Under the pieces are notes generated by a model that saw only the letters and a list, made by a program, of their open reading frames with translations, was not told where the DNA came from and made no database searches. The position numbers and the translations under genes were made by a program. A stretch of 64,000 bases of DNA. It comes from Candidatus Zhuqueibacterota bacterium (GTDB lineage Bacteria > Zhuqueibacterota > Zhuqueibacteria > Thermofontimicrobiales > Thermofontimicrobiaceae). Where the stretch lies: NCBI GenBank assembly GCA_049322915.1, contig JBMOPW010000014.1, forward strand, positions 858,774-922,773. The letters run 5' to 3'. Positions 18,674-29,160 of this stretch are shown one piece after another. Position 1 is the first letter of the stretch. The number at the start of each line of letters is the position of its first letter.

Positions 18674-20017
18674 TCACTTGAACGTCAGCGGAAGGCCGAT
18701 AAGCACCCACAATGCCCAGGCCACGGCCAGAACCGAAACGAGGGCGATGGATTCGCGGAAGGTATAAATCCACGGATTTGATCGTCCTCGCCATTGTCGA
18801 ATGCCGATCACAGCAAGCATGAGTAATGTCACAATGTTCCAGCCGAAGGCTGCGGATCGGTTCGGGGTCAGCCCGAAGCTGAACACGCGGCTGGCCATCG
18901 CTGCCAGCGCATAGGCGTTGATGAACAGGATGAGTCCCAACAAACCCAGAACGGCATAGCGCAGGAATGTATCCCGGCGCGGCGATCGCTCTTCAGCCGG
19001 GCCGGAGACGACAACGGTCATCAGCACCAGAACAGCCAGGATGGTGGCGTTATAAATGATCAATACGTCCCGTTCCTCAAACGGACGCCAGAAATATGCG
19101 GGAACAAACCAGAAGACGTAGACGAGCAGCACACCGAGCACCAGCGGCAGAATAAGTTGGGTCACGATTCTGAGAATGCGCATGAGACCGGTCGTCCAGT
19201 CCTGCGCTGCCGGCGCGGTCGTGGGATCGTAGACGCTGGCAAGCGCCAGCAGCGGAATGGCACCGATGCCCCACGCCGCAATGGTCTGGAGATTTTGCTG
19301 CTGGAAATTGATACCAAGCACCGCGAAAATGCCCAGGGTCAGGCCTAAAAAGATGCCGCCAGCCCCGAAATAGATGCCGCCGACCAGTACTGTTTCCACA
19401 GATTTTACAAAATAGGCGTAGCATTGCCGGGCCGGATCAGCATGTCCCAGTGCCAGAGCGGCGCCAATACCCGCCCATACGACAAACGGAAGGTGGAGGG
19501 CGATCAGACTCGCAACATCGCCGGTTCTGCTCCAGGCAATGGCTGCAGTATACACAGCAATCGGGATAATAGCCAGCCCTGCGTATTGGTACGCGCGCCT
19601 CCTGGAGCGGTCAACGATTGCCAGAAAAACAAGGATCCCTAATGCAGTCAGCGGAGCCCAGCCGATCCAGAACAGAGGAACAGCTTCGCCTGGCACCGGG
19701 ACCGGAGGCTTATCACCGGCGAAGAGCGCGTATACGACGCCCAGGATTACACTCGCCACAATGGCGGTCCACCAGCGCCGGTTCTGGCTTTGGTTCACGG
19801 ATTGACCCTCCAGTCCAACTGCGGGAGAAGGCAAAGGCAGGATGTCCAGCCGGTAAGTCCATGCCGAGAACAGGACATTCTCCGGATGCTCGCCGGCGCA
19901 TTGTCCCAGCGCCTCCTTAAAGGCTGTTACATTTCCGGCTTCAAGAGCTTGTTTGTAGAGTCGCTCCAACCCTGCTGCATCGGCTCTTGACGTTTCAATC
20001 TGACGTTTCATGTTCAT
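18674..20017 (-). CDS. Polytopic membrane protein, DUF4153-like
   Basis: About 11 hydrophobic segments; GLTPNRSAAFGWNI motif near the C-terminus. Confidence 0.6.
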   Translation of the reverse strand: MNMKRQIETSRADAAGLERLYKQALEAGNVTAFKEALGQCAGEHPENVLFSAWTYRLDILPLPSPAVGLEGQSVNQSQNRRWWTAIVASVILGVVYALFAGDKPPVPVPGEAVPLFWIGWAPLTALGILVFLAIVDRSRRRAYQYAGLAIIPIAVYTAAIAWSRTGDVASLIALHLPFVVWAGIGAALALGHADPARQCYAYFVKSVETVLVGGIYFGAGGIFLGLTLGIFAVLGINFQQQNLQTIAAWGIGAIPLLALASVYDPTTAPAAQDWTTGLMRILRIVTQLILPLVLGVLLVYVFWFVPAYFWRPFEERDVLIIYNATILAVLVLMTVVVSGPAEERSPRRDTFLRYAVLGLLGLILFINAYALAAMASRVFSFGLTPNRSAAFGWNIVTLLMLAVIGIRQWRGRSNPWIYTFRESIALVSVLAVAWALWVLIGLPLTFK

Positions 20018-20089
20018 TTTTTTTCACTCCTCCGATTTATAAAAGCAGGATGTCCCTGCCATGATGGAACACAGTCGTCGGATGAAGAT

Positions 20090-21337
20090 TCACGACAGGT
20101 GACGTGGTGCTTGATACGAATCTGGTTTATCTGTGTTATTGGAACGCACGCGTTCAGATTCTTTGCTCAATTGAAAAGCAAATTTGGCAATGGGCGGACC
20201 GATCGTTTCAAACAGCGCGACAGATCCGAGAACGATTGCAGAAACCGTCCCTGCGTATTCAGGAAATTGGTGGGACGTCGTCTGAGTAAGACCGATCGCC
20301 ATCCCTGCCAACGGAATCAGCAATAAGCCGCTGGAAAAGCTCGCGCGGATCGGCAGCCGAGAAAAGACCGAAGCCACGGTAACGCTCGTCACTTTTGCCA
20401 TGCTTCGGACAAGGACCAGGGTGAAAACGAGAAATCCATTTTTTATGAGTTCGCTCAGATGAAGATTGGCGCCGGCATATACAAAGAGCACAATGAAAAA
20501 AAGCTCAAAGGCGCTTCCAAATTCGATGTTCGACACAGGATATTCCCGCTCGATTGTCGCTATGGTGACGCCCATTATCAGCGGGACGACGAGCAAGGAA
20601 AGCATCAAAACTTCGGCGAGGCCGATCGCTACCATGATCGCGCCAATGACAAAGGCAAGCCTGTATTGGGTCGCGTCTCCCATTCTTGTAGCCATTTGAT
20701 GCAGTCCCATCCCAATGAGAATACCCAAGAGCAATGAACCGACAAGCCTGTAAAAAGGCTGAAGAATGATTTCGCTCCAACCACTGCCAACAGAAAAGTG
20801 CAGTATCGACAATATTACACAAAAGGTCGCGAAGGAAAAGCTGTTATTCAATGCCACCAGGGTTTTCGTGTTCTCCGTGACACGGCCACTTGCGCCTACC
20901 TCGTGCGCAACATGCAACAGGACGGCCGGCGAAGATGAAATCGCAATGGCAGCTATCACGGTAGCGATGATTGGAGTCAAGCCAACAAGATGCAATACGT
21001 AGGATACCGCAATAAAGGTTGCGCCGCTTTCAACCACTGATACGAGCATGAGTTTCGGGTTACGTCGAATCGCTCGCAGGTCGAGTGAAAGACCCAGACG
21101 ATAAAGAATAAGTGCGAGTGCGACATCGATGAGGATTCTGGAGTTGATTATAGCTTCATGATTTAGCAAAGCAAAATTGCTGGGCCCTATTAGAAATCCT
21201 ATGACCATAAATCCAGTGATGCTCGGCAACCATGTGAGTCGATGTGCGATATAGCCACCGGTTGCACCAAAAAGCAGCAGCAGCCCGAATGCGATGAGAG
21301 TCGTAATTTCGAGAGGGTGGGTTGGTAAGAAACCCAT
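20090..21337 (-). CDS. Cation:proton antiporter (CPA family)
   Basis: LPSITGFMVIGFLIGP, AISSSPAV, FFIVLFVYAGANL, LLLIPLAGMAIGL, FETIGPP; about 12 TM segments. Confidence 0.85.
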   Translation of the reverse strand: MGFLPTHPLEITTLIAFGLLLLFGATGGYIAHRLTWLPSITGFMVIGFLIGPSNFALLNHEAIINSRILIDVALALILYRLGLSLDLRAIRRNPKLMLVSVVESGATFIAVSYVLHLVGLTPIIATVIAAIAISSSPAVLLHVAHEVGASGRVTENTKTLVALNNSFSFATFCVILSILHFSVGSGWSEIILQPFYRLVGSLLLGILIGMGLHQMATRMGDATQYRLAFVIGAIMVAIGLAEVLMLSLLVVPLIMGVTIATIEREYPVSNIEFGSAFELFFIVLFVYAGANLHLSELIKNGFLVFTLVLVRSMAKVTSVTVASVFSRLPIRASFSSGLLLIPLAGMAIGLTQTTSHQFPEYAGTVSAIVLGSVALFETIGPPIAKFAFQLSKESERVRSNNTDKPDSYQAPRHLS

Positions 21338-21547
21338 CGATTCACTCTAATAATTGATTAAATGGATTGATCTTAGCCCTACAATGAAAGTTAATCCCGA
21401 TGAAAGAAAAGGGTGCAGTACGATTGTGTCTGATGCCATGAGAAAAACATAAAAAGTTGTTGAGTAGTATGGTTCGCCGAAATGAAATAAACTCTCGAAG
21501 ATGGGCTGAGATATTATTTTAAGTGACTTTTATGAATACAAAAAATC

Positions 21548-21935
21548 GAAACTATTCAGGTTCCAGGTTTAAAGGTTCCCGGTTCTGGGTTAAAGAGAAT
21601 TTTCGTCGCTATCCAGGCATGTAGTCTCGCCGCGAAGTTACCAAGCCACAAAGTTACACGAAGATATCATTTTATTCATTGATATTTTGTGATATTCATT
21701 TTTTTTAACCACGTTCAGCTTTTCAGAATCGATAATTCAGCCTGCATTGTTCATAGTATTTTTAAAGGAGGCTGGCTAACCTGAATGGTGCTCTTTTTAG
21801 AATAAACGTATAAACTTAGCATTTAGCTAATTGAAAATGTAAATGTTGACTCAAATTCTGAGCAAGTTCATGAATAATTCAGGTTAGATGTATCTTTTTA
21901 TTCGTGCCTTCGAGACTTGGTGGCTGAGCAGTTAC
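21548..21935. mobile_element. ~388-bp MITE, copy B, carrying the nested inner MITE (21741-21883)
   Basis: Ends gaaactattcag / ctgagcagttac; perfect 8-bp flanking duplication aaaaaatc (21540-21547, 21936-21943); inner element is 18 bp shorter than in copy A. Confidence 0.75.
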
Positions 21936-22051
21936 AAAAAATCAATACAATGTGTCGTAAACGTGATGGCATCGTTCATTGTCTCATTGGTGTCGTGAAA
22001 TAGGCTGTTGAATAACCACACGTTCAGCGAGATGGCCAGCCAACGAATCGA

Positions 22052-22099
22052 GCATTGGAATCCCGGAAACGGCGACGGGCCATTTCCGGGTTCGAATGC
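22052..22099 (-). terminator. Stem-loop downstream of the 4Fe-4S protein gene
   Basis: gcattggaatcccggaaa ... tttccgggttcgaatgc imperfect inverted repeat; no clear U tract. Confidence 0.35.
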
Positions 22100-22115
22100 A
22101 CTGAGAAAAGCATGC

Positions 22116-24050
22116 TCATTTGGGCGCTTCGGCTGATTGTTGCTGAGCCGGTGCACCGGGAATAATTTTGCTGGGATAGGCAAACTTGAAAATATTGGGC
22201 GTTTTGCCTGTGGTATTGTCCCGCTTGAAATAGGTCAAACTATCCGGCAGCAGCATGGCGTGAATTTTCGCCGTGTCCACCCAGTCAGGATTGAAATAGA
22301 TATGCGCCACGGGTCGTTCGGTGAACAATGTTTTATACCGGACAATTCCGCTATCCGCAGAAATATGGCTGATGATGAATTGCATCTTTCTCTGGATTTG
22401 AGAGTTATCCGCGCCCGGCATGCCGATTTCATAGATGCGAAGTTTTTGCTCATCCAGCTTGCTATAATTATTGAAGCGCACGTCCGTGCCGGAGAACATC
22501 TGTTTGTTGAACGTGGCGATGTCCATGGTGCCGATCACGTTCCCGTTGTTCTCGCACTGAAAATCGAGCTCCACGACCTGCTTTTTTCCGGCCAATTCAA
22601 ATTCGATCGATTTTATCTCAATGAGTTTTTTGATCCCATCCGTGGTGATACTATCGGCGTCGAAATAAACTCTGGCCATGACTGGCTCTCCGAAGCTGGT
22701 CTCCAGCCCATAGATGAAATTGTTCTGCTGAAGCGCGCGCACCAGGTTCACCTGATCGACGCGATCGAACAATTTTTCAATGCCAACTTCCCACATGGTC
22801 AGTTGCGCCGGTGTGTATCGGCGAAACGTTCGGATTTTGTACTGGCTGGGACTGAATAGCGTCTGTTTCACTTCATCCTCAGAAATGACGGCTGGATCAA
22901 AGTAAATGACGACGGTGTGAGACACAGCATAGGTGTCCAGACCGACAATACCTTCTTTGCCCTGCAGGGTATTGAATAAGGACATAGAGCTGCCCCAGCA
23001 TTTCACATTCTTCACGCCTGCCTGTTTATATACCGCGGGTTTTTCTAATTGTTCAAATTTGCCCCAGCGTTTTTCCAGCGTGGTGAATTCATAATTGGCA
23101 GAAAAGATAAAGCCGAATGATATGAGCGCCACCACCAGAATCGGAGGCAGGAAGCGCAATGTGTACGATTTGTTCACTCCCACGGCTTTTTCCACGTTGC
23201 AGGCGGTCACGCACTCCGTGCACATGACGCAATCAGCATGATTGACCGTGGTGTAGCTTTGCACTTTGATATCATAAGGGCAGGCTTTGCTGCACAATCC
23301 GCATTGGGTGCAACGGTTCTGGTCAACGGTGATTTTGAAAAAAGGCAATACGATGGTCTTCATCAATCCTGCTTCGATGAGAAAGCCCATCGCGGCGAAT
23401 CCGCCAAGTAGCCAGATGACAGATAAATGAACGCCGGCAAATTTCAGAATGACGTAAATGACGGTGATGATGGCTGCGCCCCAGATATTCACGAAAATGT
23501 TGCTGGCCGCTCCCAGGAAACAGAAGTAGCGGCACCAGAACTGTTTCACCAGCAGCGCGCCAAGGATGGTGACAATGACGGCGCCCAGCGACCAGAGCAG
23601 CACTGTGTCATGGCCGAAGCCAGTCGCTGCGCCGAAATAGGGATCAAATTTCCGGCAGAACAATTCGCTGGCAGTGATCGTCTTGTAAAGTACAAAAAAT
23701 AGCAGCACGTATTTTATCGATCGTAAAAGTCGATCCGCGAGGTTTGGCAGGGAGAATTGAATTTTGAGTCGTTTGCCGATTTTCCCAATCCATTCGGAGA
23801 GAGAGCCGATGGGGCAGAGAAAGCTACAGAATAATTTCCCGATAGCCAGTGCGCCAATGAAAAGGGCAACCGCCATAAAAAACGAAATGGAACTCATATT
23901 GCATGGCATCGTGCCCTGGTAAATTTTTGTTCCAAAGGCGAGTATTCCGCCCATGGGGCAGTAGGTTTCCACATCACTGGCATGCACAATCACCCAGACA
24001 ATCAGTGCGAGAATAATAAGCTGAAACGCAAGACGAATTTTGCTGTTCAT
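22116..24050 (-). CDS. Membrane 4Fe-4S binding protein (NapH/NosR-like) with C-terminal HMA-like repeats
   Basis: YCPMGG, FCSFLCPIG, WCRYFCFLG, CTQCGLCSKACP, CVMCTECVTAC; three C-terminal segments ending in YFDP/YFDA/YFNP. Confidence 0.8.
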   Translation of the reverse strand: MNSKIRLAFQLIILALIVWVIVHASDVETYCPMGGILAFGTKIYQGTMPCNMSSISFFMAVALFIGALAIGKLFCSFLCPIGSLSEWIGKIGKRLKIQFSLPNLADRLLRSIKYVLLFFVLYKTITASELFCRKFDPYFGAATGFGHDTVLLWSLGAVIVTILGALLVKQFWCRYFCFLGAASNIFVNIWGAAIITVIYVILKFAGVHLSVIWLLGGFAAMGFLIEAGLMKTIVLPFFKITVDQNRCTQCGLCSKACPYDIKVQSYTTVNHADCVMCTECVTACNVEKAVGVNKSYTLRFLPPILVVALISFGFIFSANYEFTTLEKRWGKFEQLEKPAVYKQAGVKNVKCWGSSMSLFNTLQGKEGIVGLDTYAVSHTVVIYFDPAVISEDEVKQTLFSPSQYKIRTFRRYTPAQLTMWEVGIEKLFDRVDQVNLVRALQQNNFIYGLETSFGEPVMARVYFDADSITTDGIKKLIEIKSIEFELAGKKQVVELDFQCENNGNVIGTMDIATFNKQMFSGTDVRFNNYSKLDEQKLRIYEIGMPGADNSQIQRKMQFIISHISADSGIVRYKTLFTERPVAHIYFNPDWVDTAKIHAMLLPDSLTYFKRDNTTGKTPNIFKFAYPSKIIPGAPAQQQSAEAPK

Positions 24051-24326
24051 GTCCCTCCCTCGTTACTCATAGTGTAGAAATTTGGTTAGTTATTAAAAGT
24101 TTGGAAGCTCCTCCGACAAAACATACTCACGTATGATGGGTGCTCAACATTTTCATAATCGATAGAAAGGTGCTCTCCCGCGACCGATTCCTGGTCAGGC
24201 TCTATCTCGTTCGAAGGGGCAAATCGGCGTTGAAATAAACATGGAATTGGTCTGCCGACGCTTGAATATCATTTCCACGAATTGGCCGACTGTCCCCTTT
24301 GCTATCCGCGCGGCGCTCAAATCGAT

Positions 24327-24599
24327 TTACTTTTTGGCCCTGATTTTGAACACAACGCCTTTGGGGTCAGGGCAACACAGCAGATCGGTTTCTTTGATCC
24401 AGTCATCCTTTGGCAACTCATTCTCATGCTGTTTGCTGATCAAAAAGGGGATCAGGCTCTGGAGCGCGAACATGCAGGTCCCTTTTTCTCCGGGGATGAC
24501 AAGCTTTCCCTGGCCAACGACCTCAAATGTATCACCAATTTTCAAATTGGCGCCGCAGCGTTCTTTCACCTGGTGCACTTCAACAATCAAGCTTTTCAT
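24327..24599 (-). CDS. TIGR04076-like small Cys-containing protein
   Basis: C-x4-KIGDTF, CMFALQSLIP, CCPD...VVFKI; AAGGAG RBS. Confidence 0.7.
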   Translation of the reverse strand: MKSLIVEVHQVKERCGANLKIGDTFEVVGQGKLVIPGEKGTCMFALQSLIPFLISKQHENELPKDDWIKETDLLCCPDPKGVVFKIRAKK

Positions 24600-25021
24600 G
24601 GCAGGTGCTCCTTCTTTGTGGGTTCAATCCATTTTTTATTCCATAACATAACAAAAAGTCTGCAAGATAGCAAGTAAAAAATTTCAAGGTGCGGAAATGG
24701 CCGGATCGAAGGGATGGCAGCGAGATGGATCGGTAGTTGCGGATGCCCAAAGCGACTGTCTGCTGTGCCGGGGGTGGAAATCAGGAGCCTCCCTGTACGG
24801 GAAAAGACCGGCGCAGCATTCATTTACTTGCACAGAGCTGGACAGTCCACCACAAAAAAATTCTGTTGGCCACTCTCTGCAAAATACAGTTGAGCGACGA
24901 TCCCGGGTTGAAAACTGCCTGTGAATCGATTGTAAAATATTTTAAAAGATTGTATTATTCATTCGATTGTTACTAAAAAATATTGATGGTTAAATGCATA
25001 TCAAAATGAGTAAATTTTTTG

Positions 25022-25050
25022 TTGATTTTTAAGTCTTAATAACTTATATT
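25022..25050 (+). promoter_or_regulatory. Putative sigma70 promoter of the yggS cluster
   Basis: TTGATT, 17 bp spacer, TATATT. Confidence 0.45.
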
Positions 25051-25076
25051 TAACAGCTTAAAAAAAATGAATAAAG

Positions 25077-25760
25077 ATGAACCTGACCGAAAATTTAAAT
25101 GGTGTTCGTTTCAGAATTCGCGCGGCCTGCGCGCGGGCCAATCGCCGAGAAGAGGATGTGATGTTAATCGCGGTGACAAAAACCGTGGAGAGCAACAGCA
25201 TCCAGGAGGCAGTTGACAATGGTGTGAAGCATATCGGAGAAAACCGCGTTCAGGATGCTGAGGGTAAAATCCAGGCGCTGGGCTCTGTTGCCACGTGGCA
25301 TTTGATTGGTCATCTTCAGACGAACAAGGTAAAAAAGGCGGTACAGCTATTCGATTTTATCCACTCGGTGGATAGCTTCCATTTGGCACAGGAAATCAGC
25401 AATCGCGCGGACCAGGCGGGGGGAAAAATGAGTTGTCTGATTGAAGTGAATACGTCTGGAGAGGAGAGCAAGTTCGGCGTTCGCCCTGATGACGCATTGG
25501 ATTTGGTCAGGCGAATCGCGCCGCTCCGTGGAATTTCCATTCAGGGCTTAATGACGATTGGAGCGTTTTTGCCGGATGCGGACCAGGTGCGTCCCTGCTT
25601 TAAAATGTTGAAGCAGGTGAGTCAGGAGATCGCCGCTGCCGCTGTGCCTGGCGTGGCGATGACCCATCTCTCCATGGGAATGACCAATGATTTCGAAGTC
25701 GCAATTGAAGAGGGCGCAACGATGATTCGCGTGGGACGCGCGATTTTCGGTGAGCGCTAA
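25077..25760 (+). CDS. yggS: PLP homeostasis protein, YggS family
   Basis: LIAVTKT, GENRVQD, WHLIGHLQTNKVK, LSMGMTNDFEVAIEEGATMIRVGRAIFG. Confidence 0.95.
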   Translation: MNLTENLNGVRFRIRAACARANRREEDVMLIAVTKTVESNSIQEAVDNGVKHIGENRVQDAEGKIQALGSVATWHLIGHLQTNKVKKAVQLFDFIHSVDSFHLAQEISNRADQAGGKMSCLIEVNTSGEESKFGVRPDDALDLVRRIAPLRGISIQGLMTIGAFLPDADQVRPCFKMLKQVSQEIAAAAVPGVAMTHLSMGMTNDFEVAIEEGATMIRVGRAIFGER

Positions 25761-25805
25761 TGCCAATAAAAATATTCACATCAAATTATTGAAAAGGGAC
25801 ATAGC

Positions 25806-26045
25806 ATGTCTGGATTAATTCGCTTTCTTGCAAATATCTATATCTTGCTCATAGTTGCCCGTGTTCTGCTTTCGTGGGTGGGGCATAATCCATCGAGCAC
25901 TTTTGTAAAAATAATCTACGAAGTGACGGAACCACCGCTGCAGTTCATTCGTCGGTATGTGCCGGCGTTCGGCGGCATTGATATTTCGCCCATGATCCTG
26001 ATCCTGGCAATTTATATCATTGAAAGGATACTTCTTTCTTTTTAG
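25806..26045 (+). CDS. yggT: YggT family membrane protein
   Basis: RVLLSWV, TEPPLQFIRR, GGIDISP; follows yggS. Confidence 0.9.
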   Translation: MSGLIRFLANIYILLIVARVLLSWVGHNPSSTFVKIIYEVTEPPLQFIRRYVPAFGGIDISPMILILAIYIIERILLSF

Positions 26046-26077
26046 TTCATTGAACATAAGTATTGGGAGGGAAACGC

Positions 26078-26695
26078 TTGAAGATTACTCCTCTGGACAT
26101 AAAAAAACAGGTTTTCAAAAAAGTGTTCCGCGGCTACGATCCCATTGAAGTGGAAACTTTTTTGGAAATGGTTGCGGAAGAATTTGAATATCTCAACAAG
26201 TTAAAAAATGAATTGTCCGATGATGTGCTGCGCCTGAAAACGCAACTGCGGGATTATCAGGAAGTCGAAAAGACATTCAAGGAATCGTTGATGAACGCCC
26301 AGCAAACGATCAACCAGTCCCGGGAAAATTCCAAACGGGAATCGGATCTGGTCATCAAAGAGGCAGAAGTCAAGGCTGAAAAGATGCTGGAAACTACAAA
26401 GCGGCAACTCATCGATCTGAAAAATCAACTCATGGTTGTCAAAGCCCAGAAAGATTCCTTTGCCAAACGGCTGCGGCATTTGCTGGAATCCCAGGTGGAA
26501 TTGCTCAGCGTTCTGGAGATGGATGACATCGGCTATGAGCCCCAGCATGATGCAAGAAATACAGGGCAGATCAATAGCAGGGTGTTGAACCAGACTTCCA
26601 GCGCAATGAACTTTAGCGCTGAAAAAAAAAACAATGATATAAAAAAAAAGCTCAGTGACAGCGATTTGAAGATTTCGGATCAGTTCATCATCTGA
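26078..26695 (+). CDS. divIVA: DivIVA domain protein
   Basis: ITPLDIKKQVFKKVFRGYDPIEVETFL followed by coiled coil; TTG start with GGAGG upstream. Confidence 0.9.
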   Translation: MKITPLDIKKQVFKKVFRGYDPIEVETFLEMVAEEFEYLNKLKNELSDDVLRLKTQLRDYQEVEKTFKESLMNAQQTINQSRENSKRESDLVIKEAEVKAEKMLETTKRQLIDLKNQLMVVKAQKDSFAKRLRHLLESQVELLSVLEMDDIGYEPQHDARNTGQINSRVLNQTSSAMNFSAEKKNNDIKKKLSDSDLKISDQFII

Positions 26696-27247
26696 TTGCA
26701 GTTGATTTGTGTGAACTCGGAACGCATCCTGAAAGTGCTAACTGAAAATCTGTTTTATTCACATCAGGCAAAATGGAGTGGACATGCAATTTGTTGGAGC
26801 ATTGCACTCCATATTTATTTTCAAACCGGTACATCAAAATTCAGTTTTGTATTTTTGGTTTGAAACAAGTGGGATGAAATTTGGAAGTCCGGGGTTGACG
26901 GACCGTCCAACATCAATATACTTCTTGAATTAGCCAATCGTTAAAATTTAACCTTCCATTCAAAGATTTGAGGTATGAAATTTGTATCGTGAGTGGGAGT
27001 TTTCACATTCATTTCATCGGCTGGCAGTTTTCAGAGCAGCGCCTCAGAGTTCAATGGAATGGGAATCGATCTGGGGACAGCCAGCATGCGGAGCATTCGC
27101 CGGAGATGAAAACCGGACATCGGAAGTGTCCCAAATTTTTTAGGAAGTAGTCACCGGTTATTTTATAATTCAATCCTGGTTTCGGAGCTTACAAATCCGA
27201 ACTTGGTAAACAACCATGAACATGCAACAGAATCTGGGAGAATAACA

Positions 27248-27940
27248 ATGCGACTTCGAATTATTGGCAGTTCAATTCTTGTTAGTGTGCTCATCCTCGT
27301 TTCGGGCTGCGCGAAAAGAGTGCCCATCAGTTATGATCAGGCTCAACCGAACGCTGTCGTTCAAATTACAACGAGTTCAGGAAGGGTCTGCCAGGGGCAA
27401 ATTGATAAAATCAGCCCGACGCATCTGGTGCTCAGGCCGAACAAGTATTCCAATTCGCATATTACACTGAACCGTAACGAGATTTCGTCCATTTCCGGCA
27501 GAGATTTTGTGTACGATGGTCGGGGTGAAATCATTTCCGAGTGGGAGATTCAGTCGAAGAAGAAAAATCGGAACGTCTATTTTTACACGTTGGGTGGTGC
27601 CGGGTTGAGTTTCGGCGCCAGTTTTTTTATCGGCTCGATGATGCATCGTGGCATGGATGACTCGGACACCGGACAGACGGTGCAATGGTCAACAACAGGC
27701 GCGGGGACGGTGCTGGGCACGCTGTTATTCGCCAGAGCCGGGGCGCGGCGTGATCGCTTTGCGGCCATCGAGGAGATTCGCGACGAGCGGTATAATCTGG
27801 CTCTCGAAAAAATGAACGCTGAAAAAGAAAAGCGTCAAAAAGTCCAGCAGGAACTTTCCAAATTGAAAGCGGATCGAGATAAAAAAAATGATGAGATCCA
27901 GCAGCTTCAGGAGCAGGTCAAGAAGCAGGAAAAAAAGTGA
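27248..27940 (+). CDS. Putative lipoprotein with two glycine-rich hydrophobic segments and a C-terminal coiled coil
   Basis: Lipobox-like VSGC after a hydrophobic stretch; K/E/Q-rich C-terminus. Confidence 0.65.
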   Translation: MRLRIIGSSILVSVLILVSGCAKRVPISYDQAQPNAVVQITTSSGRVCQGQIDKISPTHLVLRPNKYSNSHITLNRNEISSISGRDFVYDGRGEIISEWEIQSKKKNRNVYFYTLGGAGLSFGASFFIGSMMHRGMDDSDTGQTVQWSTTGAGTVLGTLLFARAGARRDRFAAIEEIRDERYNLALEKMNAEKEKRQKVQQELSKLKADRDKKNDEIQQLQEQVKKQEKK

Positions 27941-27952
27941 AATGATTAAATA

Positions 27953-28786
27953 ATGAGGTTGGCTTTGTCCGAATTAAGAAAACAAATCGAACACACCATA
28001 GAGTTCATTCGAACGAAAACAAAGGCGCAGCCGAAGATCGGCATTATTCTGGGAACAGGCCTGGGCGCACTGGTCAATGACATCGATACCGAGATATCGA
28101 TTCCGTACGAAGACATCCCCAATTTCCCGATTTCCACAGTTGAATTTCATGCCGGAAAATTGATTTTCGGTAATCTGAGCGATAAGTCCATCGTGGCCAT
28201 GCAAGGTAGATTTCACTACTACGAAGGCTATTCGATGAAACAGATCACCTTCCCGGTCCGTGTCATGAAGTTTTTAGGAGTGGAAACGCTGCTGGTTTCC
28301 AATGCCTGTGGCGGAATCAATCCGGAAATGAAGCCTGGTAGTGTGATGCTCATTACGGATCACATCAATCTGCTGGGCGGCAATCCCTTGATCGGCGAAA
28401 ATGACGATAGTCTGGGACCCCGTTTCCCTGATATGTCCGAGCCTTATTCCCGTGAGCTTATTCGGTTGGCGGAACTGGCTGCGGCCAGAGAAAATATCGA
28501 AGTGAAAAAGGGAGTCTACGCCGCCATGACCGGCCCCAGTCTGGAGACGGCCGCGGAGTATAAATTTCTGAGGACCATCGGCGCGGATGTCGTGGGCATG
28601 TCGACGATCCCTGAAGATATTGTGGCAGTCCATTCCGGCATGCGGGTATTGGGATTTTCAGTGATCACCGACGCCTGTGTCCCGGAATATCTGAAGCCGG
28701 CCAATATCCCGGAGATCATTCGCATTGCCAAATTAGCGGAACCAAAGTTGACAATGCTGATTAAAAAGGTGGTCGAGCGACTCTGA
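27953..28786 (+). CDS. punA: Purine-nucleoside phosphorylase (trimeric type)
   Basis: GIILGTGLG, MQGRFHYYEGY, NACGG, GPRFPDMS, GPSLET, VGMSTIPE. Confidence 0.95.
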   Translation: MRLALSELRKQIEHTIEFIRTKTKAQPKIGIILGTGLGALVNDIDTEISIPYEDIPNFPISTVEFHAGKLIFGNLSDKSIVAMQGRFHYYEGYSMKQITFPVRVMKFLGVETLLVSNACGGINPEMKPGSVMLITDHINLLGGNPLIGENDDSLGPRFPDMSEPYSRELIRLAELAAARENIEVKKGVYAAMTGPSLETAAEYKFLRTIGADVVGMSTIPEDIVAVHSGMRVLGFSVITDACVPEYLKPANIPEIIRIAKLAEPKLTMLIKKVVERL

Positions 28787-29160
28787 TGCAGATGACGCCG
28801 CGGTGAGGAATTTTGCCGGACATGTTTCGCAGGCCGACGGAATCTGTTCATCGAACCATTGACTGGAGTGCGCCCCGGCTGGTGGCAGCGAAAAAAGACC
28901 TGGCGGATTCGGGCTCCGGGGACCGGGATTTGATTTACGACACAAACACCGTTTTTCATCCGCATATATTTTAAAAACCGGAATATCATTTTCTTGGGCC
29001 ATCGTTTTGAAAAGCGAACCGCAAGGAGATATCACCCGCTTCAGGGACGGGATGCAGAACTTACCGGAATACCGAGCGCAGCCACTTGAGCAGCGCGCAT
29101 GCAACTATAATGACCCTGTCTGGAATGAGTGTATGATTTTGAGTTGTTGGAGATTAGCTG

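Noticed and set aside
18109..21935. Composite transposon carrying the membrane protein and antiporter between two direct repeats
   Set aside because: Each repeat has its own 8-bp duplication and the outermost flanks (gaacttac vs aaaaaatc) do not match, indicating independent insertions
24680..24930. GC-rich intergenic stretch as a riboswitch or ncRNA
   Set aside because: No match to any RNA family I can recognise by eye; an Rfam scan would be needed
28787..29160. Long leader before ileS as a T-box riboswitch
   Set aside because: No T-box consensus (AAnnnGGGTGGnACC-like) or terminator/antiterminator pair was recognised
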